Source of the DNA: Marsupella aquatica
Taxonomy: Eukaryota > Plantae > Marchantiophyta
DNA: 64,000 nt
Assembly: GCA_973895155.1 (NCBI GenBank)
Contig: OZ316896.1
Coordinates: 11,794,830-11,858,829, forward strand
Direction: 5' to 3'
Of this stretch, positions 37,897 through 49,767 are shown piece by piece (positions within the stretch are counted from its first letter, which is position 1; each line of letters starts with the position of its first letter). The notes beneath the pieces were generated by a model. That model had not been told where the DNA came from. It ran no database searches and worked only from the letters and a program-made list of their open reading frames with translations. The translations under genes and the position numbers were made by a program.

Positions 37897-40800
37897 CTAC
37901 GTTCTCGTACCCAACTGCCTATCAAGTATGTAACGGACTTCTCCCAACGTTAGAATTGGCTGGCTACATAATGTCGATTCGAGCACATCCAGTTTGAACA
38001 TATTCTTGAACACCCAATACACATGTTTGCAAGGCATGTAAGGCTTCCGATAAGTATGTCGACGGTAGAAATCCTCGCAAGAGCAACATGGGAAACAACA
38101 TATCTTAACCCAATAAGAGGCGACTGATCTCTCATGTTCATGGGTCCAGATACAAAATTGTTTCCCCGACGCATTTCCACTCGTGATCACTCTCTCTCCA
38201 ATGACGCTCATCACTTCTTTTTCAAAGGCTTCAATTCTCTTCAAATGAGTTTGGGTTCCCGTTCCTTGAAGCGCACCTCACAGATGGGTCAGTTAGGTTG
38301 ATCCTCTCCGGGAAAAGATTGACATCAATTCGTAACGCAGAAGGCAACGGTGCTTCAATTTCATCTCCACGGCCTTCGGAGAGAATAAGTCCTTGTTCTT
38401 TCAAAAATTGAATCTCTGCTCCAGAAAGATTGGTCCCTCTAGCAATTGGGAGATGTGAAGGAACATTGGGAATGTTCGAGACTCCTCTCCTTGTTGTGCT
38501 TCGGTGACAGTGGTTGTTGGGGCAAAACCATATCTGATCGTTATAAGGTTGCCCCCTGAACATTCTGCATCCTCTCACAGAAATTGCAACAACACCATCT
38601 GGATTCGGAAGACCAACCTTCTTTACTCGATTTTGACATTCATCACGACTAACTCCCCGTCCAAGGGTTCCGTTACACATTGGACCCGCACCCCGTTTTG
38701 AGGTCCGACGCAACTGCCAGGCACCGGGAGGTACTTCACTTTCCATTGGGGAAACTGAATGACAATATGCAGTCTCGACAGGTCTTGCAGGCGTCACTGG
38801 TGGGACAGAGGATCTCGTTGCTCGACGCGTAGGTGTGTCAATGACCACAACTTCCTCAGAAGCATCGCTTTCTGACAAATTATGGACCGCATCAATTCCA
38901 CCGGCTGAAGGCGTAGAAGGCATTTTCTCGAAACCAGTGGAATGCAGGTTTCTCCTTTTCAAACCTTTTGTATTTGGTGAAGTAACAAGGATGGTATCAT
39001 GCCTGTGCGAGTCTTCTGCCGAGACGTTCCCAGTTGCATGTCCTTTTCGTTTCACCGATCGAGTTACAACATCACCATTCAATGGAACGCTTCTTTCCAA
39101 ATCAAACTCATCAGCGTTCGACAGGAGGAGATTGGTGGCTTCCTCAAAGAGACGCGGTGACCCCGCCAGGTCCGCCGATCTTAAGGCAAGCTCAAAAATA
39201 GTTGGGCCAGTTCCTCTGCTCAATCCCCTTTTGTATGCAGTATAAGCAGCAATTTGAGCAACCGCTCTATTTTGGTCCGTTTTACATCCTTCAAATAGAC
39301 CAACCTTTTTTTTTCTGTTGCCATGCTTTCATTCCAGCATGCCTAGATTCCGAACCAGTACTATTAGGAATCATCCCAGCCTCTTCGGCACTCTTGCTCT
39401 GAAACGTTGCACGCAAGGGTTTAGTACATGTAAGAAATTGCACACAAAAGTGGCAACACAATGGACATAACAGTAGCGCCAGACGCTAATAAACTGATGA
39501 TGATATTTCCATGTAAAGAACCGTTTAACACAGAATAAAGGTAGTCCTTACATCACTCATAGTCCAAATGGATTATTAGCGCTCGGCGCTACTATTGCAG
39601 ATAAGGAACCCTTCTATCTCACACATGCTTCACTAGCACCGAGCGCTATTAATGGGAACATGCATCCTAGAGAAGTGTATAACTCACCAGTCTTATGAAG
39701 TTCCCCCATTGTCTCTATCGGACAACCCACCAAGACAGCCACCCTTGCAGCATCCGAAGTTTGCCTGAGTGACAATTGCCAAACCTCCACCAGTCATCGA
39801 TTTCCCTAGAGATTCGATATGCTTTCAAGAAAGTTGGCGCGTTCCGAAGATGATCCCACATCTCCTTGTGCTCTCCGTGCTTTCCATCTTTTACACCTTC
39901 TCGGGAATGACGATGAAAAGATTGGAAAAAATGAAAGGCATCTGATCTTTCTCGCTCTGGGTCGGGTACACCGTCAAAGAACACGTTTCGAATAGCATTC
40001 CAACCAGCCTGAGCATTGTTCACCATGAATCCCCAAATTGTAACATCCTGTAAACCATTTTCATCGGCAACCTCTAACATCAAACGCCAGGCTCTCTCCA
40101 GAGATTTTGCATCTTCGGCCTTTAGCTCACAAGTGAATATGGTGCAAAGTGCCCGGTAATGATGATCATATACATGGGCACTGAAAGTAAGCCAATCTGC
40201 CGTGCTTCGATGCATCACGTCAAAACTTACCCATGAACCCTCTAACGACCCACCAGGTTTCATTCTTTGGAGCAGGTCCAGACCACTACCGTCACCTTTT
40301 ACGGTCATTTTAAAGATATGAGCACTCTCGTTCCGACAGCCTTGACCAGGGAGCAAGAACCTATGAAGAAAAGGCAGTCGGATACACTTTTGCATCCTCA
40401 CAAGAAATTCCAGTTCCCCTTTCCCCTTCTGATCTTGACGGACACTCCTTAACACGGATGCAAACTTCTGAGGAGATGCGACGACCATCAGGGACTCCCA
40501 GATTTCCTTCTCTTCTTCAAGAGAGATTTCTTCAACAGAGGCCTCGCAAAATGTATTCGTCAGTGTCTCAGTCGCAGAGTTTTTAATCCCTGCTGGGGAT
40601 GCCATCGGGTTTGCAGTGAATCCCTTCTCCAGATGAGACTTTGCAACCTTTTCTGCCTCCCTCGAAAAGACCCGTCAACTGGGATGATTGTGAAATCCCA
40701 TATGAACAGCTAGTAGCGACATGTGGGCCAAAGACTTAACGTCAACTTTTGCAGATGGATACATGTAGAACATTAGAGCAGGGCAGGCCTCAACGCACAT

Positions 40801-41688
40801 CGGAGGTTCGGAGCAATGGTGACAAACAACTCCACCTTCAGAGATCAATTCCCCAACTCAGAATGGGCCCGAAAGTTTTGGGGTTCTTGCCCACATCTCA
40901 TTATTTCAAAACTTGTTGTCTTTCCACCACGGACAAGCATTATTTCGACACTGCAGCGATCCCGTACACTGGACTTTCCCGAAATCCCACATTTTCTTCG
41001 GAAAAACATTTGAAGATGTTTTCACAATCCGAGTCCAATAATAACAATCCTTACCACGATCCATATCTTTCAAACGTTCACCTTTTGCGTTCACACAGTC
41101 TACCGGGGGTAACTCAAAAACCACATTCCCATTGTAAGACGTGGGAAGACTAGGCACTACATGATGAACAAAATCACTCCCCCTTATAAACCAAGACAAT
41201 TCACTATGACCTTTGGATTTCAAGATTGTATCCATTGCACTCTGCCGGTACACAGTCAAAGGCACAATCATTTCTCGATCCGCATTAGACTCCTTTTTAA
41301 CCTCGGATGGGTAAACTGGAATCTTCTCTCCGAGAGTAGTTGTCGCTTGCTTATCATCTCCAGAACTTTCCGAGAGTTCGATGACATCGAGTTCAGCCAC
41401 TGTGGGAGGACGAGTATAGGAGGCCCCAGAATCTCTCAAAACAAAAACCTCATATTCTTTCTGAGCCTCCAGAGTCCAATATCTTAGACCATGAACAACA
41501 TCGTAGAAAACTGGAGTCTCCCCCAAACAAACCGACACTAACGAGATCGCTAAAATAGACTCCTTGGCAACATCAAATCTCACTCCCAAATATTCCTCTG
41601 AAACATGCTTTGATTCAGATGATTTGAGGACGAGAATTGTGATTACATCCAGAGTGTCCTTCCTCGTGACAACGATATTTTGAGCCAT
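37897..41688 (-). pseudogene. MULE DDE transposase with GCM-like N-terminal Zn domain and C-terminal SWIM finger (frameshifted; intron ~39687-39400)
   Basis: DCYYW..CTGSLQCRNNACP; WVSFDVMHR, FMVNNAQAGWNAIRNVF, DAFHF (CxxH position), PNSTGSESRH; SWIM CSCEDF..PCKHVYWV. Confidence 0.8.
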
Positions 41689-42401
41689 GGCTTCAAAAGA
41701 GGGATATGCATTTGCCCCACGCGAAATGAAATATGTTTATCATGAGATTCGAGTACCAGAAGTAAATGTTCCATTCTCATTATAGAGTCGTTATAGATTT
41801 GGACGCACTCCATCAATGACGTTTTGTCGTCTTACCAACGGCAGGATTCAGGTTCATAGTTACTAGCGCCTGGCGCTACCTCTATGTGTAAAACACCCTT
41901 GGGTGAGGACTACGAATGCCAATAATAATAGCGCCTGGCGCTACCTATTTCAATGGACTTGAAAACATTCAATGGAAGGATAAGTACAATAACACGATAC
42001 AGTACGAGTCATTAAGTCCGCACGCTTTAAGATCTCCACTAGATCTTCGCGAATCCGATCTGTCCGGGTCCAAATGTGTCAGAGAGGAAGCGTCCACGAA
42101 AGTTATACCAGAGGGTCCTCTTCAAAGTGGGCAGCCAGGACCAAGTGCGAACTCTCCTTATATCTAGTCGTTCTCCTCCGATGTCCTCATTGTCAAGCCA
42201 TTCTTTACTGAGTCACAGTTGTGGCTCATCTTTCGGGCGCGTGGTTCCCGTTCTCGCATTCGGGCCCAGTTGCTCTTTTTGGCTTTCATGCACGTTCTTG
42301 TTCTCCTTCTCGTCCTCGTTTCTCATTCTCGTCCTAGTTCACGCTGTTGTCCTCCTTCACATTCTTGTTCGCGCTTCTTGTTCTCGTCCTAGTTCACTTT
42401 C

Positions 42402-42825
42402 AATGGCACCTCCACGGGGGAAGGCAAAGGAGGAGGCACTTATCCCGAGTGACACCGACCGGGAGACCCCCGCATCAAATAGCTTACCACCTCGGGACGA
42501 GAGGACGACTGTTCCAATCTCAAAGAAGGAGAAACTCATCTCAAAGACGAAGAATGCCCCAACTATGGGACGCAGCGAAGGATCCAATCGGCCAAATGCG
42601 AGCGGCCCGACTTCTGTTCCCGCTAGGGATATTGCCCATGCTTCAGTCGGCCGTCCAAGAGCCGACACTATCTGCACGGGAGTCTCCGTATCTTCTTCAT
42701 CCACTGAGAGTGATCATTCTTCGAGCGGGGACTCATCACTGAGCAGGCGAGGATTTGCGTGGTATGGATCGAGCGACTCGAATGACGACTCTGATGCGTA
42801 CAAGCCAAGTTGGTGGGAAGACTGA
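42402..42825 (+). CDS. Possible small Ser/Pro-rich ORF between the two MULE genes
   Basis: ATG-started part (MAPPRGKAKEE...) of the 249-aa ORF; low complexity, no recognised domain. Confidence 0.25.
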
Positions 42826-43973
42826 TTTCCCGGTGTCAGAGCGTCTCGTTCGAGTGCTGGAGAGACTTGGAGGATCCATCGAGGTTGATAGGATCTAATT
42901 CCACTCGTTTTTTTCCGTTACAAAACCCATACCGTTCCTTCCTCGTATGCCGGATTTCTAGTGTATTGTAACATTTTGTATATGAACGGCACAGCCGTTT
43001 ATTTTTACCCCGGTGTCAATGCTTTTGAATTCAGAAGACCAAGCTTTAATTTTGGGTTCTACTCCGGTGTTTGCATTGTATTTCTGAATGCGAAACTGAT
43101 CTATTTCTTTGAAATGGCCGTAAACACTCGTTTGCTGTCAATGTTTTTACTAGCGTTCGGCGCTATTATGACAAACAAAGTGTCCGTAACACTGTCGTGA
43201 CATGTCTTATCTCTGAAGTGTTTTTGATAGCGTTGGGCGCTATTAATGAAAGGAATCACAAGTCAGACCCGTTCGGAGTTATTTTTACTTTTATTTCAAC
43301 AAAGTCTATTCAATTGATGTGCATTTTAATAGCGCCAGGCGCTATTGTAATTCATTGGAATATTCGTTGAATGAATGGGTTCATGTGGTCATGTTTGTTG
43401 TCATTGGACTCCGATTTCATCATTTATTTGGATACTAGCGCCGAGCGCTACTAAAGTTGGCTTGTCGACTCCTGCACAAAATTGGAAAATTTATACACAC
43501 TTGTGTTGATAGTACTGTTCGAAGCTACATTAAGACGGTTTTTCAGATACATTTGAAAGTATGTTGTATAATAGCGCCTGGCGCTATCCACAACTACCGA
43601 CATTGATGTGGTTCCAACGGTCACTTTCCAACGGTAATATTATAGTAGATTGAGGTTCACTGAACCCTTTTTGCTTTTGTCTGGGATGAAAGTCCAATCG
43701 GAGAATGCCATCTGTACTTGGGACCGTTGTAATCGAATGGCTGGTTCCAATGTATCGGTGTCTTAATACGAGGTGGAGATCGCTCGTTTGGGATAATTTA
43801 GTCCGTCTACGCGCTCAGACCTCGGACTGTACGAGTTTGTCAAGTGCGTATGTGCGTCCTTTATTGGTCCTGTACATTTTGAGACGTGATCGTGACAAGA
43901 ATTGCACGGCGCGTCTGGCAGTGCCTTTGGTCGAGTCGCTCTCCACGGCAACTTTTGGCTGGGTGATACGAGA

Positions 43974-46900
43974 ATGGGGGAGGCTGATGGTGGTCATTCT
44001 GAGTCCTCTCAGTCTTCGTTCGCTGGTTCAGTATACACCCATCGCGTCACTCGATCGACTGCGTCCCTGTCGACTTCCGAAGCTGAATCTGCACAGCCCT
44101 TCCTGAGGTCGAGGAGAGGGAGAATGGACCCTAAGGACGTCTCCATGGATGAAGTCAGTGACATAGGCTTATCGATAGACGAGGTAATATCAAAGCACGC
44201 ATTGTCGTTCGGGAAGGATTTTTGAGGATTCGATAAGGAGCCACCTCGAATTCCTCTTTGTAGATTGCTCCTCATGGAGGTTGTTCGAACCTTACAGAAA
44301 GAAAGTGCATCGATCGAGAAGTTGAAAGAATCATTCCGTGTCACCGGGTACAACTCGCGCATTGGGATGCCTTTCTACGTTCAGCCTGCGAATGCCGATG
44401 GGGTTTCTCAGATATGCACCGGCAAGATCCAGGACTCTTGGGATCCAATCTGGGTCGCAGAGAACGACAAGTTTGAGGAAGAGTGTGATGTGGACCCAGC
44501 ATTCCATATTCTAAAAGATAAAATGTTTTGTGTGTTTGACGGAAATCATCGATTGTACTCCTGGTCAATCGTCACCAGGGAGAATCTGGACAACTTGAAG
44601 TATCATCCTCGTGTGATTTGCGTCATTTTCAGTGGTGACAGAGGTTCGCTAGTTGAGCTCGAGGCGGCAATGCACACCGTGAACCAGTAAGTTCTATTCG
44701 TTAACTGTTGTTACCCTTGTCATTCATTTTGGACCAAACATGCTTCGCGAAAGTGTTCGTTCCCCAATTTTTGCTAGCGCCCGGCGCTACTAATTCCTTT
44801 TCATTGCATCCAGGCTTGGACAAGCAGTCGTCGAGCCTTCCTGGATTCTTGACGCGGACAGAATTTCCCGAATTGTGTCGCGTGATCTTGATCACTATAA
44901 GCCACTCATCGACAGCGCGAACATGGCAAAGTTTGAGGTGATCCGAAATAAGACAAGAAATGGGTCTTGGTTTACACATAAAATGCCACAGGATGCTCTC
45001 ATCTACATTGTGTGTGGACAAAATCAAGTCTTACTCAAATCAATTTAAGTCTGATATGGCTTTAGCCAAAGCTCAATGGGCTTCTTGGTCAGAAGAGGAG
45101 ACCACAAAGAGGCATGAGGCAATGATGAAGGAGGCGACCAAAGATTGGTCGATCAAAGTGACGAAGATCACCCCTTTACTTCATCCAGATTTTGGAGATT
45201 ATTTGGGAACTTGTGCTGAGATGTATCCCGTAACTGAGAAGAACAAACGGGAGAAGAAGCCAGACACAGTTGTATGCACAATGGATCGAGCCAGGTTGTT
45301 TACTGTTGTTTCATACCTGGATCCAAAATTGAGGTGCACCCTTCTAGTAGCCCACTGCACTCCCGAGATTCGGAAACAGTTTTTCCATCCTGCAAGTGTC
45401 AACGACAAGCCTGTGAAGCAGTGGTGCCATACATGGCATACTTGGAATTCTGTGGAGGGAATTGCAACTGGAATGCTTCACACTTCTTTCAAACAGATTT
45501 CTGACCGAATGCCGGCTGACCGTCTCACAAAGTCTGGGTGTGAGTCAATGGAGGCCATGCTTAAGATCATTCTCGATGAATTTAGAAACTTTGGGGATCT
45601 TGTCAAGGCAAAATTCTTCAACAACTTATGGCCTTCCAAATATGCGGACAAGGAAGATTACACAGAGCGGAACCGGAAGAGAGCCAAACGATATCTATAC
45701 CGGTTTTACATGTGGATGGAGCTTAGATCTCCTGACACTCTGTGGGCATACCCGGCTGCATTTCAGAAATGGGTGTCTATTGAAGAGGGAGACGCTCTTG
45801 CCGACCTTTATTCGATGTACCTCGACACTGTCCGTGGTACCTCGACACAGACAAATGGGATTTACCGTTCGACGAAGCTGAGAAGGATGCCTTCATGAAG
45901 TTGCAGAAGTCCCAGATCCCTGCCAACTATGTGTCTGCAATGAAGCAAGGTCTCCAGTCTGATGTTGACGAATCTGCATCTGAGTTACAGAAGAATTGTG
46001 AGTCTCTTGTCATGCACGTTGACCGAAGCCGTAAGCCAAGAGCAAAGGTGAAGAATGAGTCGGCTGCACCAAGTGACTCCACAAGGTCCTTCAAGAAAAG
46101 TGAGTAGTCTAAGCGCTTTTTGGTTACTTGTTGGCGCTGCTTATGGAGGAGTTTCATTTGGAAATTCCTTTGATTAATAGCGCCTGGTGCTAGTCTGAAA
46201 GGTTGGACTCATTCAAGTTTCTGTGCCTAACAGGAGGTCGAAAGTCCGACACGGAGGTCCCGGCTGCCAAAGGGAAGAATGATGCAACTCCTCAGGCATC
46301 GGAGGCAAACACTGGAGCTCAAGAAACCCCGGATCAAGGGACCCCGGATGGTGCTGGCAAATCCATTGTCCCTCTTGACGCAACTAGCACAAAGAAAAAG
46401 AAAAAGAGAGGCGCCGGTGAGGACAGAGCAACATCATCTACTCGAGACGTTATTTCCTGTGGACTCTAGAGAGATGTCGGGAATTTTAAGCGAAGGTGTT
46501 CTAGACACTGTTTTGTGGAGTCCAATTTAAACAAATTTTACGATTCGGTATTTAACAAGGGGATAAGCCCATGTGGGTTACTAAAGTTGAGGCCTGGGGA
46601 AAGGAATTGGTAAAGTCAGGAGACAGAGAGAAGGGAGTAATGCGTGGCGGAAAAGAGAGGGGCTTTGGTGTGGATGCTGGTTTCATCTACATTCCCACTG
46701 GATTAAAACCAACACTTCTTGATCAGAAGGTTCCCAAGTGGAACCTTCAGGATTACACTATTCCCAGCTCTTTCTTCCGAGCCATGGAGCCGTTCCTTGC
46801 AGACGATGGCCTACTTGCAATTTTACATAGAGGAGACTATGATCAGGTATCTGAAGTGATTGCGGCTTGCCAGGATTCTAAGTGTTTCCAGTGTATTTCA

Positions 46901-47684
46901 ACCCACCATGTGGTCATGACTACACCAATGTATAGGCCCCGATCTGATACTCAGGTAACAATTCCTCTTGCACATACTAGCGCCCGACGCTACTATCAAC
47001 ATTCGTAATATCTACAATTCACTTATCTTTCGTAAGGATGAATGGTTGACTAGCGCCAAGCGCTAATATATGTCTATTTTCTTATACTGCCTTCATTGGG
47101 AAACTGTGTTGCAGATATTCACACTTACTCTTAATATATTTTGCCGCATTTCGACAAAGGGAAGGGTCCCGAAAGACCCCAAGTTCCGGCCACTATCGAA
47201 TGATGAAGACCCTTCCGTCACTAACATTATTGGGTTTTCGTTGCCGCGAGATGACCCGACTCCTGAGCTCCAATTTGCAGGAAATTCATGATTGCCTGTG
47301 GGTTTCATGCAAACTATTTTGGAATTGGTGACTCTTCCTGGAGATATCGTTATGGACTGGACAGTAGGTTCCGGTAGTACGTTTGTGGCTGGAGATTATT
47401 CTGGTCGCTTTGTTGTTGGGCTGGAAAATCGGCCAGAGTTTGTTGATACTTCCGGTAAGGTCTTCCTCGATCTTTTACAGAACAAAGAAGTGGTTGCACC
47501 AACTCCTCCTAAGAAGATTCCTGGAAGTAAGAAGCAGGACAGGCTCCGTGCTATTCTAAATTTTGATTCGGAAGACGAGGATGAGGGTGGAAATGCTTCT
47601 CAGCAATCTAAAGATGATGAGGTGTTGAAGAATGTGGTGGACCTTGGATCTGGAGATGAGGACAGTGAAGAGTCAAAAGAGTAA
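43974..47684 (+). pseudogene. Spliced MULE cargo gene: ParB/Srx-like domain plus beta-class N4C/N6A DNA-methyltransferase-like domain; exons ~43974-44686, 44814-46099, 46234-46954, 47115-47684
   Basis: ParB-like: RIPLCRL..VR..IEKLKESF..GY..FYV..FCVFDGNHRLYSW. MTase-like: VDAGFIYIPTG (motif IV position), FLADDGLLAI (LkpgG-like), LPVGFMQTILELVTLPGDIVMDWTVGSGSTFVAGDYSGRFVVGLE (motifs X/I/II). Canonical GT..AG introns; in-frame TGA at 44223 and 47289 plus frameshifts. Confidence 0.75.
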
Positions 47685-49248
47685 TTTTCTTTAGCTTTCT
47701 TTCTCTCATTGTATACTTTTTTCCAAAAAACTCCTCTACTCCCTTTTGTCTAGAAAATTCGCCCGATTTCCCGACTTCGACTAAAGAACTCCAGTTCAAA
47801 TTCTCAGGTCAGAGTGGAATCTTTGGAGGCGTTTTCAACTTTGAAGGAACGTCTCTAGGAACGTTGTACACACCCCGGAGAAGCCATTTGTTCTCCCCTC
47901 TTATGCTGAAAAGGCGGCACGACGGGCAGATTCAGTCAGGATGCTTACTTGGGAGAGTAAGGGTCTTAGACTCAGGAGAGGCTCAGATAGAAAGTTTGTG
48001 CAGAATCACTTCGTAGATGATATTGCAAAATCCAAGTATGTGGACGACGAAGCAGAGTCCACTGATAGATCAGAAAGTAGCAGTTCTGAATCGGGCTCAG
48101 AGTCGAGTGGTGGTTGTGGATCTGGTCTTTAGTTTTCCTTGTTTTATTTACCCGTTTATGGAGAACGACGACACTCAATAAGAACGCTGTGACGTGTCGG
48201 ATTGGAGTAGCGCCCGACGCTATTACTGTAGCCGGTAGTTCAAAGAGGTTTTTATTTGGTTGTTTTCCTTATAGCGCCCGACGCTAGTATAAATGTACTC
48301 AATGGCCGCTTCACGTCCAATATATGTGACAATATTTTCATACCCTTTGGTGTGTTTTTTGGGTGCACATTTGCTGGTATGATTTTTGCTGTTTGTTGTT
48401 TGTTGTTTACTGTTTGCTATTTGTTGTTTGCTGTCACGGAGAGATCCCCCGGCTCCCATGATCCCACGAATTCTAACAAGTCAGAATCCGGCACCTTCGG
48501 CTTTAGCCAATGTAATTTTACGAAGGCTTCCAAGCCGGATCCGGCCATGAAGCCCTGGTACTTCTGACTCTGCATAGCCATAAAGCATGCATCCTCCTCT
48601 TGTGCAAAGTGTAATTGCACTTCCTCAGGGAAGGTCGCCGCCCAGCCCTTCCAAGTATCATCCCTTGTTGGAAAGGCATTGATGGGGTCGACCTCCTCTT
48701 CTTTGGCTTCTCCCTGTCTCCTGCTTCCTTGCTCGGCTGGCTTCCTTGGTGCCGCTGTCCTGGGAATAGTGAGTTGTCAAGAACACGTCGGGTGTCTGGC
48801 TGCATGTGCTAATTATGCTACTTATCACTTGTAAGAGACCTCATGCTTAGAACCAATTCCCTTGAGAGCACTAGTAGAAACCGGGGCAATTTAGACCATA
48901 CCTTATAGGACTAAGCCCACTAAGTCCTTATTCCATACTTTAAACGACTCGCATCCATTGCCAAGGTTTTGGTAAAGACTATAAAAGACTTTGAATGTGC
49001 ACCCGGTTTAGTTAAAGACTATGAAAAGTATACTTGCTATTTTGTGAAGGGTGAACACTCTATACATCATAGATTTTATTCTTGGAATCCACAATAAAGG
49101 TCCACACAAAGACTAGGACACTTGATAGTCTTACAAGGGTTCATCATAAGAGTGTACTTCAAAAGGACCGGTCGACGTGCTACATTTTGGCCGCAGTGCT
49201 TAAGGAACATGCCTTGTATATATCACCAAGCAGAGGCCAAGGGCCACC

Positions 49249-49590
49249 ATGAAGCGTGATCCTGATGGGTTCTTGTTGGCCAATTTTAGGTCCAGAGTAC
49301 CAGAATGGTCTGAGCCTTTTGTTTTCCCTAGCCAAGTTGAACAGGCTTTCTTTCTAGATGTGGAGGGGTCACATGACTGGAGGGTGGTATGCCATAGCCA
49401 AGCACGGAATAGGCGGATGGATGGAAGTAAAGTAGAGTTCAGTTTGGACGACCATGCTGCATTCAAGCATCCTAGTCAGGAGACCGTAGTTCCAGCTTGG
49501 GCAGGGACCGACTACATCCCGTTAACATTGAGAGAGACATATGATGAACCTGGGGAGATGGAATATGATGAGGTTGATGATGTGCAATAG
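49249..49590 (+). pseudogene. CACTA TnpD C-terminal remnant (DUF4216-like)
   Basis: DPDGFLLANF..EPFVFPSQVEQAFFLD..DWRVV. Confidence 0.75.
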
Positions 49591-49767
49591 GCAACAGCTG
49601 GCAATTGGCAAGTATGAGGTTGAGGATGACTACCTGCACAGAGTCACAAAATGAGAATTGCTGCCTGGAATGATGTTTAGGATAGTTGGATATGCATGAA
49701 ATTGATTGATACTTTGAATCTAGTGTGTTGATTCTCCCTATTTGGTTGTGGGTGCTGTGCAGAAGCT

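Larger units (their letters stand above)
37782..48286. repeat. 17 dispersed copies of the 15-bp palindrome TAGCGCCNGGCGCTA
   Basis: Starts at 37782, 39474, 39577, 39634, 41864, 41929, 43151, 43228, 43330, 43436, 43572, 44775, 46178, 46978, 47051, 48208, 48272. All are intronic or intergenic within the MULE. Confidence 0.92.
37424..48450. mobile_element. Mutator-like element (MULE), ~11 kb, short degenerate TIRs, transposase plus divergent cargo gene
   Basis: TSD GGCTCCCAT(G) at 37415-37423 and 48451-48459; ends GGGTATAACCACCGTGCTAGCAAA / TTTGCTGTCACGGAGAGATCCCCC. The empty site is seen in copies 1 and 3. Confidence 0.9.

Noticed and set aside
43974-47684. Bacterial contamination as the source of the ParB/MTase sequence
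   Set aside because: The gene has GT..AG introns and sits inside a TSD-bounded MULE nested in plant repeats.
37782-48286. CRISPR-like array from the palindromic repeats (also 35-690)
   Set aside because: Repeats are too short and irregularly spaced, there are no cas genes, and the context is eukaryotic.
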